Source of the DNA: Candidatus Hydrogenedentota bacterium
Lineage (GTDB): Bacteria > Hydrogenedentota > Hydrogenedentia > Hydrogenedentales > SLHB01
Assembly: GCA_963745075.1 (NCBI GenBank)
Contig: CAVUWV010000008.1
Span: 497,837-561,836 of the forward strand
DNA: 64,000 nucleotides
Reading direction: 5' to 3'
Shown piece after piece: positions 1 through 10,526 of this stretch (its first letter is position 1; the number at the start of each line of letters is the position of its first letter). Made by a program: the position numbers and the translations under genes. Under the pieces are notes generated by a model. It saw only the letters and a program-made list of their open reading frames with translations. It was not told the origin of the DNA and did no database searches.

Positions 1-979
1 CTCTCCAGTTTGTTCATCATTCTGGCAGCGCGGCTCGACGTCGATCGGATTACGGGTCTTGGCATGGGGAGTCTTTGGTTCCTCCTTGCGCTGATCGTCA
101 TCGTGCGTCCGGTTACCGTACTCGCTTGCACGATCGGGTCGAGTCTCGGTTGGCGCGAACGGGCGTTTCTGGCCTATCTGGCGCCGCGCGGCGTCGTGGC
201 CGCGGCCGTGACGTTCGGTCTTCGCGCTGCGACTGGCGGAGGACGGCATCGCACAAGCCGAAGATATGGTGCCGATCGCATTCTTCGTTATCGCGGGGCT
301 GGTGGCGTTATACGCGGTGACCGCCCGGCCGGTGGCGTGGTTGCTGGGCCTAGCCTTGCCGGATCCGAACGGGATCGTCATCGTCGGCGCACACCGGCTG
401 GGGCGCGCGATCGGTATGGCGCTGAAAACCGAAGGTCTTCCCGTTCTTGTTATCGACCGCAACTGGGGCAACATCAGTGCCGCGCGCATGGAAGGCCTCG
501 GGGCGTACCATGGCGACGTGCTTTCGGAGCACGCGTTGCACGAAACCGACTTGTCGGAGATGGGAAAGTTGTTCGCCATGACCGCCAACGACGAAGTCAA
601 CTCGCTTGCGGCGATCCACTTCAGTGAACGATTCGGAAAAGCCGGCGTGTATCAATTGGCGGTCGAGGGATCGGACGCGGAGGACGAAGGCAGCAAAGCG
701 CCGGCGCCGTATCTGCGCGGACAGATCCTCTTCGGCCGCGAACTGGGCTATGACGAACTGACACGGCGACTCGTCGAGGGCGCGACGATCAAAGCGACAA
801 AGCTTAGCGAGAAATTCACGTACGAGTCGTTTCGGGAGAAGTACGGCGACACCGCGACGCCGTTGTTCGTGATGAACAACAAGGGCGCGTTGCGCATCAT
901 CACGGCCGGCGCAGATATCAGCCCCGAGCCCGGCGACAAGATCGTCGCGCTCGCCGATCGCGAACCGGAGACCGCATGA
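1..979 (+). CDS. Cation:proton antiporter (CPA1/NhaP-like) C-terminal part with NAD-binding RCK/TrkA-N domain; 5' truncated by window edge; split by +1 insertion at ~214
   Basis: Frame 1 gives FIILAARL..APRGVVAAAVT. Removing one T at 214 continues SVFALRLAEDGIAQAEDMVPIAFF into ORF 266-979 (IVIVGAHRLG..VIDRN..GDVL). Confidence 0.8.
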
Positions 980-2127
980 ACGTAACGGTACCGATCACGG
1001 CGGTGGCCCACGGCGGCCACGGCATCGCGCGCGTCGACGGGCAAGTGTGTTTCGTGCCGTACGCGCTTCCCGGCGATGAAGTGGCCGTACGCATCGTCCG
1101 CCGTTCAAAAGGGGTGTTGTGGGGCGCCATCGAATCGATCGTGACGCCATCGCCCGATCGGATCGATTCCGGTTGCTCCGTGTACGGGCAGTGCGGGGCG
1201 TGTACCTGGCTCCATTTCGCGTACCCGGCGCAAGCAGAATGGAAGACACGCATCGTGCGGGACTGTTTTGCGCGGATTGCGCGCGTCGACGCGGATGTGG
1301 CGTGGGCGGACGATCCGAATCATCGGCTGCACTACCGGACGCGGGCGGAGTTCCACGGCGACGGTAAGGGTTTCGGATTTTACGCGGGCGGAACGCATGA
1401 CGTAGTGGACGTGGTGACCTGCCCCTTGTGTCATCCGCTCCTCAACCGCGCGTTGGCGTCCTTGCGCGAACAGCGCATCCGGGGTTGTGTCGAAGTCACG
1501 GTGAACCCCGAGGGCAGCGACGTGCTGGTGTGGTCGCGGAAACGATATGCGCCCGTTGAACGGGCGTTTCCCCAAGCGCAGTGGCACGGTCACGAAAGTC
1601 CGCGGACGTCCTTTGTCTTCGACGGCGCAGCGGTGGTCAACGGCGCGTTTTCCCAATCCAGTCTGTTGCTGAACCGCGTGTTGGTGCGTATCGTCCATGC
1701 CGCCCTTGGCGATGCTGAGAAGGTACTGGACCTGTACTGCGGCAACGGGAATCTGTCCTTGGGACTCGCCGATTCGCGAGCCGTGACGGGTCTTGACCAC
1801 AGCCGCGCGGCGGTGGAAGCGGCGCAGGCAGCGGGGCGCGGAACGTATCGAATCGGCAGCGAAGAGGATTTCCGTGCGGCGATAGGTGAGGAATCGTGGG
1901 ACGTGATCCTACTCGATCCCCCGCGCACCGGCGCCAAATCGATTGCAGCGGCACTGGCATCCTGCGCGGCGAAGCGAGTTGTCTACGTATCGTGCGATCC
2001 GGCGACGTTGGCGCGGGATGTGAAGGTGCTGCGCGAGGGAGGATGGCAGGTGAAATCCGCAACCGCAGTCGATCTGTTTCCCAACACCTTTCATGTGGAA
2101 ACGGTTTGCGTGCTGGATCGCGGATAA
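976..2127 (+). CDS. rlmD: TRAM-domain 23S rRNA m5U methyltransferase (RlmD/TrmA family)
   Basis: TRAM N-terminus, CSVYGQCGAC Fe-S motif, LDLYCGNG, DPPRTG, YVSCDPATLARD, DLFPNTFHVE. Confidence 0.85.
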   Translation: MNVTVPITAVAHGGHGIARVDGQVCFVPYALPGDEVAVRIVRRSKGVLWGAIESIVTPSPDRIDSGCSVYGQCGACTWLHFAYPAQAEWKTRIVRDCFARIARVDADVAWADDPNHRLHYRTRAEFHGDGKGFGFYAGGTHDVVDVVTCPLCHPLLNRALASLREQRIRGCVEVTVNPEGSDVLVWSRKRYAPVERAFPQAQWHGHESPRTSFVFDGAAVVNGAFSQSSLLLNRVLVRIVHAALGDAEKVLDLYCGNGNLSLGLADSRAVTGLDHSRAAVEAAQAAGRGTYRIGSEEDFRAAIGEESWDVILLDPPRTGAKSIAAALASCAAKRVVYVSCDPATLARDVKVLREGGWQVKSATAVDLFPNTFHVETVCVLDRG

Positions 2128-2180
2128 ACGAGGTGCCGCACGAATCGATTTTGAACGACCCCGGGCGTTGTCGCGGTGAA

Positions 2181-3878
2181 TCAGGCGCCCCAGCCGACGA
2201 TCCAATACACCGACCCGATCAGTAGTCCTACCAGTCCCCAAATCACAACAAATCCACCCATTCCCACCAGACTCGGCATCGGGATTTCCCAATCCGGATG
2301 ATTGAAAAGTTTCCGAGGCGGCGGCGCTTCAACGCCGGGCGGCAGGCTGAACGGTTCCTGGTGGGGTTCGTTCGGCTGAATGGGCGTGCGCAAACAGGCG
2401 TAGACGCGATCCAATTTGTGGTCCGGAACGCGTTTGGTGAAAAGACTAACCAAAATGCACGTGGCAAACCCCGCCGAGAGGAACGTGAACATCTGCCAGG
2501 ACACGCGGAATTTGTCGTCCCAGATCATCATCTCGGGAAGGTGGTTCACTGCAACGGAGTGGAAGGCCGCCGTGTCGGTAATAATCGTTAGCGCTAGGGC
2601 AACCAGGGTGCCCGCCCATGCGCCAGCGACCGTCGTGCGGCGCCAGAACAGGCCCAGCCAGAATGCAGCGCCCATGACTGCCTGCACGCGGAAGAACCAC
2701 TCGAGGGCAACAGGAACGCTGCTGAACGCAAAGGAGAAGGCGATGCTGCACACCACGATGAAAAAGGCGGTCACCCGCCCCACGTTCACGTAGTGGCCTT
2801 CGCTGCGTCCCCGTGCAATGAAACGCCGGTAGAAGTTCTGGGTGAAAAGTCCGGAAGACGAGACCATGAAGGCGTCGCAGGAGGACATGATTGAAGCCAG
2901 CAACGCGGCCAAGAAGAGCCCAACGAGACCGGGCAGAACCTGCGGAAGCATCTCGCGCGCCATCGTACCGTAGATGAGATCGGGATCGACATGCTCGCGT
3001 CCGGCAAAGTAAACAACCCCGCAGAGGCCGGTCAGCATCCATGCAATGGTGCAGACCCGCTTGAGCAAATTGCCGCCGGCGAAGCCGACGCGACCGTCCA
3101 TCTCGTTCCGTCCACCGGCACAAACTCCCATGATGTGCGGCTGCGTCACGATTCCGATCAACGCGCTGGCCGCGAACATGGTGATGTGAAACCCATCGAT
3201 TTCGCCCGGCGCAACCAGGCTGAACATGTGTTTGTTCGCGATTTGTTCGTGAACTCCAACCATTCCGCCCACGGCTTTCCAGGCGAAAGGCAATATAATG
3301 AATGACAGGATGATGGTCAGAATGCCCTGGATGAAGTCCGTTACGATGGCCGCAGCCAGCCCGCCAGCGATCCCATAGATGACGAACAAGACCGTCATCA
3401 CCAGGATGGCCACGTTGGCGTTGATTTCGCCCCCGGACACGGCTGCGATGGTCGCTCCGGCGCCTTTCAACAGTACGCCAATGTTTACGGTTAATTGCAG
3501 CACGCCGACGACCGCGTAGAGCCCCGCGACGCTGGAGTCGTACCGGTATTCGAAGAAGTCGCCTGTCGTGATGGCGCGCATGCGGCGGAAAACCGGCGCA
3601 ATCAGCCAGTAGAAAGGGGTCGCAAAGAGCCAGAGGAACTGGTACCAGATTCCGGAGACTCCGTTCGTATAGGTCTTCGACGATACGCCGACGGCGTCGT
3701 TCCCGCTTGTGCCGGAGCCGAAGGAGAAGAAGATCATGAAAGGTTTGTTGAAACTGCGGCCTCCCATGAAGAAGTCGGCGGAATCGTGGATGCGGCGAAC
3801 CGTCCACACGCCAATTGCCGTGATGCCGATCAGGTACGTCCCCAGCGCCACCCAGTCCCAAAATCCGATGCCAAGCAT
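2181..3878 (-). CDS. Sodium:solute symporter family protein
   Basis: DFFMGGR, YGIAGGLAAAIVTDFIQG, GLFLAALLASIMSS and many hydrophobic helices. Confidence 0.9.
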   Translation of the reverse strand: MLGIGFWDWVALGTYLIGITAIGVWTVRRIHDSADFFMGGRSFNKPFMIFFSFGSGTSGNDAVGVSSKTYTNGVSGIWYQFLWLFATPFYWLIAPVFRRMRAITTGDFFEYRYDSSVAGLYAVVGVLQLTVNIGVLLKGAGATIAAVSGGEINANVAILVMTVLFVIYGIAGGLAAAIVTDFIQGILTIILSFIILPFAWKAVGGMVGVHEQIANKHMFSLVAPGEIDGFHITMFAASALIGIVTQPHIMGVCAGGRNEMDGRVGFAGGNLLKRVCTIAWMLTGLCGVVYFAGREHVDPDLIYGTMAREMLPQVLPGLVGLFLAALLASIMSSCDAFMVSSSGLFTQNFYRRFIARGRSEGHYVNVGRVTAFFIVVCSIAFSFAFSSVPVALEWFFRVQAVMGAAFWLGLFWRRTTVAGAWAGTLVALALTIITDTAAFHSVAVNHLPEMMIWDDKFRVSWQMFTFLSAGFATCILVSLFTKRVPDHKLDRVYACLRTPIQPNEPHQEPFSLPPGVEAPPPRKLFNHPDWEIPMPSLVGMGGFVVIWGLVGLLIGSVYWIVGWGA

Positions 3879-3995
3879 GGAAATAGATCCCTCTTTCTTG
3901 TCAAAAAACCTCGATTTTTAGCCCCGACACCCCACGGAGCCGAGCGGAGCGTACGTGACTGTACGCGTGTGATTTACAGCGACAACGGTCGCGTA

Positions 3996-4568
3996 TTAAA
4001 AGGTGTAGCCTACCGCCAACCCCAAGCTGTTGGCCCCGGCGTTATCGTCGGACAGACCCCCGTTCGAGACGTGCTGGAACTGGAGCGCGACATGCCAGTC
4101 GGTCTGCGGGAATTGGTATCCCACGCCGGCTTCCAGCAGGAAATCCATGGTCGCCGAGTTGCCCTCAATGTGATTCGTATGAAATATGATGCCGGCTCCG
4201 CCCTCGGCATAGAGCCCGTCTCGATCGTCCGCATTCCGGTAGTACCGCGTCACGAATCCGATTCCACCACCCTGGATCGTCTCGCTCGGGTCGTCCTGAA
4301 TGTAACTGAACAGGGGATACGCGCGCAGACCCAGCGTGCCGCGCGCGAAGATCGGCCATTCATACTCGACGTTACCGGTGACGAGCACGTCATTGGTGCG
4401 GTCGCGCCGCCCGGAATGGACACCGGTACCCGCGCCGAACTCGACCCGCCACCGTCCTTCCGCAAAGCCGCGCGTAATCGGGTTGTCGGCATGCGCTTCG
4501 GGGGCCATGAAACAGACGCCCAACGGAATAGCCATTGCAACGATCAGGCTTGAAACCAAGGTTCTCAT
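3996..4568 (-). CDS. Outer-membrane beta-barrel, PagL/acyloxyacyl hydrolase-like
   Basis: Signal peptide, FQHVSNGGL..N.G.N motif, C-terminal GYTF. Confidence 0.75.
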   Translation of the reverse strand: MRTLVSSLIVAMAIPLGVCFMAPEAHADNPITRGFAEGRWRVEFGAGTGVHSGRRDRTNDVLVTGNVEYEWPIFARGTLGLRAYPLFSYIQDDPSETIQGGGIGFVTRYYRNADDRDGLYAEGGAGIIFHTNHIEGNSATMDFLLEAGVGYQFPQTDWHVALQFQHVSNGGLSDDNAGANSLGLAVGYTF

Positions 4569-4935
4569 CTTTACTTCGACCTCTGTTCTGTGTCCCGTGC
4601 ATGGCCGTGTTGCCCATCATCGGCACGTGGCGTGATAATAGTGATCCCTTCCAAAACTGTCAACTTCCCCCAGCTTCGAGTTGAAATCGTGGAGTTTTCG
4701 GCTTGCCGCGTTGAGCCAACAGGACTTCGGACGCGGCCTTCTCGCAGTATCAGCGGGACTCAGGACCTGGGGAAAGATTGGACGAGGCACCCCAAATTAT
4801 GCGAAAATAGAGCACTTGGTGGGATGCTCCAGGTTCGGTCTGCCGTAGGATGAGTGAAGCACGTTACCGACTGTCTGGGGGCGAAAAGCATGCCGCCATC
4901 CCGGTAGTTGGTGTATCTGCAGCGGGAGACGAATT

Positions 4936-6552
4936 GTGCCTGACGCCTATCTGACACGCCTTGGAATCACGGAATGGATGGAATTGTACCGCAATCCGTC
5001 TTACGATGAATTATATGCCCACGAACTCGATTCGGAGTTGGACGGGCTCGAGCGAGGCGTGCTCACCAAGTTTGGCGCGGTGGCGGTCGATACCGGCCGG
5101 TTCACGGGCCGCTCTCCCCAGGATAAATACGTCGTTGAGGAAGATGCGTCGAAAGACGAGATCTGGTGGGCGGGCTCGGACAGCCCCGGCTCCAACAACA
5201 AACGATTAAGCGGCGAAGCCTGGAATCATCTCAAGGACTTAGCCCTGAAACAGTTAAACGGGAAGAGTCTGTACGTGGTCGATGGGTTCTGCGGAGCCAA
5301 TCCGGACACGCGGATGAGTGTGCGAATTGTGGCCGAGGTCGCGTGGCAGGCCCATTTCTGCAAGAACATGTTCATTCGCCCCACGGAAAATGAACTGCGG
5401 GATTTCAAACCGGACTGGACCATCCTGAACGCATCCAAGACGAGCTGCCCGGACTTTGCGAAGTATGGTATGCGCTCCGAAGTGTTTGCGGCGTTCAACA
5501 TCAAGGAACGCATGGCGGTAATCGGCGGCACCTGGTACGGCGGGGAGATGAAGAAGGGCATCTTCACCATCATGAATTATTTTCTGCCTCGCCAAGGGAT
5601 TGGGGCCTTTCACTGTTCCGCGAACATGGGTAAAGACGGCGATACGGCGCTCTTCTTCGGCCTGTCGGGCACCGGCAAGACGACTTTGTCCACCGATCCC
5701 CACCGTTTGTTGATTGGCGACGATGAACACGGCTGGGACGACGACGGGATCTTCAACTTCGAAGGGGGCTGTTACGCCAAGACCATCGACCTGACGGAAG
5801 AAAACGAGCCGGACATCTACCAGGCGATCCGGCGGGACGCCCTGCTGGAGAACGTGACAATCAACGGTTCGGGAACGGTGGACTTTCACGACACGTCCAA
5901 GACCCAGAACGGCCGGGTGTCCTACCCCTTGTACCACATTGAGAACATCGTCAAGCCCGTGTCCAAAGGCGGTCATCCCAGCAAGATCATATTCCTGGCC
6001 TGCGACGCCTTCGGGGTGTTGCCGCCCGTGGCTCGGTTGACGCTGGAACAGGCGATGTACCAATACCTTAGCGGCTACACGGCCAAGGTGGCAGGCACCG
6101 AACTCGGGATCACCGAGCCGCAAGCAACCTTCTCGGCTTGTTACGGTGCGGCGTTTCTGGCAGTTCATCCCACCGTCTACGCACATATTCTCGGCCGGAA
6201 AATGGCGGAGCACGGCTCCGAGGCATACCTCGTGAATACGGGGTGGACCGGAGGCAAGTACGGTGTCGGCCATCGGATGCCCCTTCGCGACACGCGCCGC
6301 ATCGTGGACGCAATCCTCGATGGGAGTCTGTCGCAGGCCGCGTACGAGACGGCGCCGATTTTCGGGCTCGCGATACCGAAGCAATTGCACGACGTGGACC
6401 CGACCGTCCTGAATCCCCGCAACACGTGGAAGGACCCGGCGGCGTACGACGCGACCCTGAGGAAGCTGGCGGAAATGTTCATCAAGAACTTCAAATACTT
6501 CACGGACACGGAAGAGGGCAAACAGCTCGAGCAGGCGGGACCGCATTTGTGA
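4936..6552 (+). CDS. pckA: Phosphoenolpyruvate carboxykinase (ATP)
   Basis: [46 protein letters not shown]. Confidence 0.97.
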   Translation: MPDAYLTRLGITEWMELYRNPSYDELYAHELDSELDGLERGVLTKFGAVAVDTGRFTGRSPQDKYVVEEDASKDEIWWAGSDSPGSNNKRLSGEAWNHLKDLALKQLNGKSLYVVDGFCGANPDTRMSVRIVAEVAWQAHFCKNMFIRPTENELRDFKPDWTILNASKTSCPDFAKYGMRSEVFAAFNIKERMAVIGGTWYGGEMKKGIFTIMNYFLPRQGIGAFHCSANMGKDGDTALFFGLSGTGKTTLSTDPHRLLIGDDEHGWDDDGIFNFEGGCYAKTIDLTEENEPDIYQAIRRDALLENVTINGSGTVDFHDTSKTQNGRVSYPLYHIENIVKPVSKGGHPSKIIFLACDAFGVLPPVARLTLEQAMYQYLSGYTAKVAGTELGITEPQATFSACYGAAFLAVHPTVYAHILGRKMAEHGSEAYLVNTGWTGGKYGVGHRMPLRDTRRIVDAILDGSLSQAAYETAPIFGLAIPKQLHDVDPTVLNPRNTWKDPAAYDATLRKLAEMFIKNFKYFTDTEEGKQLEQAGPHL

Positions 6553-6847
6553 TCGCTGGGGTCGTTGATCTAAGAATAATGCGGTTGACACATATCGGGA
6601 CTTTGGGTGTATAGTAATGGGACTCAGGGACGTGTGGGCTCTGTCCTTCTTTCACAATGTCTCTGGATTTCAAGGGGTTGGTGCAGCAGGACCGGAGCCG
6701 ATCAAGTCTGGATTACGTCGACTTGGACAGATGAAACGGTTGACGAGTATCGGGCGCGTGAAAACGTTTTTTATGCATACCATCTATCTCCGGCAAGGTA
6801 CCGGTGAACGCCGTGCAGGTTGATGAGGGCTTAACAAGGAGAATTGT

Positions 6848-7069
6848 ATGAAGCATCATAGATGTATAAGCCGCAGACCTGCGGTCGCAACCAGCGCACT
6901 TGGAGCTAAGCTGGAGTTCAAAGCCAGCCTTTCGGATTCGGTTGCAACGGGCGCGGCAACGCTGATACAAAGCTTCACGTCCATGGTTACGACGCTATTG
7001 CTGAATGCGTTTACCTGGAACGTGAGTACCGTGGCCACGGTATATCCCGGTGTGCGGCTCGAAGCGTGA
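6848..7069 (+). CDS. Small protein (73 aa), paralog 1 of a tandem pair with shared leader-like motif
   Basis: RBS AAGGAG 6 nt before ATG; motif ISRRPAVATSALGAKLEF shared with the next ORF. Confidence 0.7.
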   Translation: MKHHRCISRRPAVATSALGAKLEFKASLSDSVATGAATLIQSFTSMVTTLLLNAFTWNVSTVATVYPGVRLEA

Positions 7070-7108
7070 GTGGTTCGCATAAAGAGTCATAACGAAAGGA
7101 ATTAATTG

Positions 7109-7375
7109 ATGCGAGGAAAAGCACCTCATACTAGGTCGGTGACTCGAAAGCCGAGCGTGGCGAGCACGGCGTTACAACTGAAGTTAGACAATTTCATTAT
7201 TTACTTCGATAATGCCGTCAATCTACTCGATGCGTTTCTGGTTCAGGGTGGCGCCACGATGGCGACTTTCGTGGGCGATCTCGCCTCGGCGCTACCGTAC
7301 AAGAACGGTACCGGCGGCAGTAGTCAAGGCGGTACGGGCACCGGCGGTACGGGCGGTACGGGCATCGGCTTGTAA
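7109..7375 (+). CDS. Small protein (88 aa), paralog 2, Gly/Thr-rich tail
   Basis: RBS GAAAGGA 8 nt before ATG; motif VTRKPSVASTALQLKLDNF; tail GTGGSSQGGTGTGGTGGTG. Confidence 0.7.
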   Translation: MRGKAPHTRSVTRKPSVASTALQLKLDNFIIYFDNAVNLLDAFLVQGGATMATFVGDLASALPYKNGTGGSSQGGTGTGGTGGTGIGL

Positions 7376-7759
7376 GTTTTTTATGCGGCGCCTGTGATTG
7401 AGTACCGGATCGCTTGGTAACGAACGAGCGTTTCAGTAGCAGGTGGTGCCGGCGAAGTAAAGCTGCCTGGTCGTCGCTGACGTTTGGGCTGAGCGTGGGA
7501 TGATTGAACTGAACGGCGAAGGAGTCGATAAATGGGATTATCTTGTTCGTTGTGTTCTACACTGTTCCTGGGATTCAGCGGAGCCAATTTGGGGCAGTAT
7601 GCCTTCGGCGTTTTGTTGCCGGGATGGTGGCAGGCGATCCAAAGTTACATGATGTTCGTGTAACGGCCCCAAGACAATTCGCACTTATTGCGAGCGGACA
7701 TGTGCCGAAATGGCGCTGTCCGCTCGCGTTGTTATTTCGGGGGAGTCTACGTGAAACGC

Positions 7760-8596
7760 TCAGATCCTCGGGCGCCCGACATCGGCGAGGACGATGCGTA
7801 GCTGATCGCAGCTTTCGAATCGCTCGGCGGGGTTCTTGGCGATCATCTTCATGATGATGTCGCCCAGGGCGTGAGGGCATTTCCGGTTGACGAGCGTCGG
7901 GTGGACGGGATCGGTGTTGACGTGACAGTAGTAGAGCTTCTGCAGGCTGTCCACCTCGAAGGGGACTTTGCCCGCGAACATGAGGTAGAGCGTGATTCCG
8001 AGGGAGTAGATATCGCTCTTGCTGGTGGCCTTTTCGCGCTTGATGATTTCGGGGGATACGTACATGGGGGTGATCTGCTCAGCCAAGCCGGAATCGAACA
8101 AGGAAAAGAATTTTTCCCGGCACAGGGAGTAATCGGACAGCTTGGCCATGCCCTTGCGGGTGAACAGGATATTGGCCGGTTTCAGGTCGTGGTGTGTGAA
8201 CCCCTGATCGTGGATGTACTGGAGACCGTTGCAGATTTGCGCGATGATGACGAGGCGTTCCTGAAGGTTCCAGGGGCGGTTTTCGATGTACCAGCGCAGG
8301 TCCGGACCGTCCACGAACTCCATCGTCATGCAGAGCCCTTCCTCGCCATCGATGAAGTCAAAGACCTGCATGACATTGTGGTGTTTGAATTCTTTGAAGC
8401 GTTCGACACTTTTGGCGAAATCCCGGACCTGTCCCCGATTCTTGAAGAAATTTGCATGAAAGAGTTTAACTGCGACGACTTCGCCCTTCTGGGTGTCAAT
8501 ACCGCGATAGACCGTGCCGGTGCCGCCTCGGCCCAGAAGCAGGTCGAGTTTGAAGTGATAGAGCTTTAGTCGGTCCGGCAACTCCTGCTTGCGCAC
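7760..8596 (-). CDS. Hanks-type Ser/Thr protein kinase (kinase domain only)
   Basis: LGRGGTGTVY, VAVK, HHDLKPANIL, DYS in place of DFG, YVSPE, SDIYSLG. Confidence 0.9.
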   Translation of the reverse strand: MRKQELPDRLKLYHFKLDLLLGRGGTGTVYRGIDTQKGEVVAVKLFHANFFKNRGQVRDFAKSVERFKEFKHHNVMQVFDFIDGEEGLCMTMEFVDGPDLRWYIENRPWNLQERLVIIAQICNGLQYIHDQGFTHHDLKPANILFTRKGMAKLSDYSLCREKFFSLFDSGLAEQITPMYVSPEIIKREKATSKSDIYSLGITLYLMFAGKVPFEVDSLQKLYYCHVNTDPVHPTLVNRKCPHALGDIIMKMIAKNPAERFESCDQLRIVLADVGRPRI

Positions 8597-8599
8597 TGC

Positions 8600-9031
8600 T
8601 TACCCTCCACCGCGTTTCGCGGAAGACTTCCCTGCCTTGTGGGTACCGGCCAGTGCCAGATCGAGCCGGGGCGCGTCGCCCCAGAGGCCGTCAAGATCGT
8701 AGAATTCGCGCGCCTCTTTGCGGAAGATATGGACGATGATGGACCCATAATCGAGCACCACCCAGCCGCTCGTGTACGCGCCTTCCGCGTGGAGCGTGTT
8801 GACGCCGATTTCGCGCATCCCCTGTTTTACGGTGGAAAACACGGCCTTCACGTGTGGCTCGCTGTTCGCGGTGCAGACGATGAAGGCGTCGGCGAGGACC
8901 GTCAGCTCGCGCACGTCGTAGGCTCGAATGTCTTCCGCCTTGTGTTCGTCCATGAGGGCGGCGATGCGGCGGGCATTAGGAATGAAATCGGGTTCGTTGG
9001 CGGCGGTGCGTTTCTTTACAAGCTGTGGCAA
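8600..9031 (-). CDS. rsfS: Ribosome silencing factor
   Basis: KAEDI..DV, WVVLDYGSIIVHIF, REFYDLDGLWGDA; RBS AGGAG before TTG start. Confidence 0.93.
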   Translation of the reverse strand: MPQLVKKRTAANEPDFIPNARRIAALMDEHKAEDIRAYDVRELTVLADAFIVCTANSEPHVKAVFSTVKQGMREIGVNTLHAEGAYTSGWVVLDYGSIIVHIFRKEAREFYDLDGLWGDAPRLDLALAGTHKAGKSSAKRGGG

Positions 9032-9060
9032 AGTGGGTTGCGTCTCCTAAACCGTTTGGC

Positions 9061-10497
9061 CTATTCGCTCTTGGCCAATGCTTTTCGAATGATTTCGTTC
9101 GCCATCTTGGGATTGGCCTTGCCCTTGGTCGCCTTCATCATCTGGCCGACCAGGAAGCCCAGGGCTTTCTCCTTACCGCTGCGGAAATCGGCGGCGGGCC
9201 CGGGATTGGCCTCGATAATCTCGCGGGCAACAGCCTCCAACTCACCGCTGTCGCTGATTTGCACCAGCCCCTTTTGTTCAACGAGCGTCTTGGGCGCCTT
9301 GCCCGATTCCAGCATTTCCGGCAGCAGATCTTTGGCGATCTTACCACTGATTGTACCATCTTCGATGAGTGCGATCATGGCGGCGAGGTTTTCGGCCGTC
9401 ACGGGGCAGTTCGCGATATCGATGCGCCCTTCAGTCAGAAGGGCCTGCAAATCACCCATAATCCAATTGGCGGCCAGTTTGGCAGGCGCGCCTGCCTTCA
9501 CAACAGCTTCGAAGTAATCGGCCATCGCTCTTTCGGCTGTCAGCACACCGGCGTCGAATTCGGAGAGCTGGTATTCCGAGCCGAACCGTTCGCGGCGCGC
9601 CTGGGGCTGTTCCGGCAAAGAGGCGCGAATTTGGCTCTCCCACGTCTCATCCACGACGAGGGGCACGAGGTCCGGTTCCGGGAAGTAGCGGTAGTCGTGG
9701 GCGGATTCCTTGGCGCGTTGCGAGAAGGTGATGCCGCGGTCGGCGTCCCAGCCGCGGGTTTCTTGGGTGATGGCGCCGCCCTCGTCGAGAACCTGCTGAT
9801 GGCGGGCGATCTCGAAATCGATGGCTTTGTGGATGCCGCTGAAGGAGGCCACGTTCTTTACTTCGGTCTTCGTGCCGAACTCGCTCGCGCCCTCCGGCCG
9901 AATGCTGATGTTGGCCTCGGCCCGGAGCGAGCCTTCTTCCATGTTGCAGTCGCTGACTTCGAGATACCGGAGGATCTGCTTGAGGTTGGTCAGATACGCG
10001 AACGCTTCATCGGCGCTGCGGATGTCCGGTTCCGTGACGATTTCCAGCAGCGGCACGCCGCAGCGGTTGAAGTCCACGCCGCTGTCGCCGCCACCGATGG
10101 TGTGGGTGTTGCGGGCGGTGTCCTCTTCGAGATGGGCGCGCGTAATACCGATGCGTTTAGCGGAACCGTTTACGTCAATTTCCAGATAGCCGTTCGCACA
10201 TAGGGGCAGATCGTACTGGCTGATTTGGTAGTTCTTCGCGAGGTCGGGATAAAAGTAGTTCTTACGATCCATCTTCGACCAGCGCGAGATCGTGCAGTTC
10301 AGCGCGAGACCCACGGCGACCGACAGTTCGACGGCGCGTTTGTTGATGACGGGCAGCACGCCGGGCATGCCCAGGCACACGGGGCAGACGTTCGTATTGG
10401 CCGGCGCGTGGAAATTCGTGCTGCATCCGCAGAACACCTTCGAAAGCGTGCTCAGCTCGACGTGAACTTCCATCCCTATGACCGCTTCGTACTTCAT
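9061..10497 (-). CDS. gatB: Asp/Glu-tRNA amidotransferase subunit B
   Basis: [49 protein letters not shown]. Confidence 0.98.
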   Translation of the reverse strand: MKYEAVIGMEVHVELSTLSKVFCGCSTNFHAPANTNVCPVCLGMPGVLPVINKRAVELSVAVGLALNCTISRWSKMDRKNYFYPDLAKNYQISQYDLPLCANGYLEIDVNGSAKRIGITRAHLEEDTARNTHTIGGGDSGVDFNRCGVPLLEIVTEPDIRSADEAFAYLTNLKQILRYLEVSDCNMEEGSLRAEANISIRPEGASEFGTKTEVKNVASFSGIHKAIDFEIARHQQVLDEGGAITQETRGWDADRGITFSQRAKESAHDYRYFPEPDLVPLVVDETWESQIRASLPEQPQARRERFGSEYQLSEFDAGVLTAERAMADYFEAVVKAGAPAKLAANWIMGDLQALLTEGRIDIANCPVTAENLAAMIALIEDGTISGKIAKDLLPEMLESGKAPKTLVEQKGLVQISDSGELEAVAREIIEANPGPAADFRSGKEKALGFLVGQMMKATKGKANPKMANEIIRKALAKSE

Positions 10498-10526
10498 GCT
10501 TGTTCCTTACGCTTCCTCAACCACGG

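Noticed and set aside
200..270. Programmed frameshift in the antiporter or the Gfo/Idh/MocA genes
   Set aside because: No slippery heptamer or stimulatory structure; better explained by single-base insertion error.
6585..6823. ORFs 6607-6807 and 6617-6823, and TTGACA..TATAGT promoter
   Set aside because: The ORFs lack an RBS and the shared motif; the promoter spacing is 19 nt, so it is unsupported.
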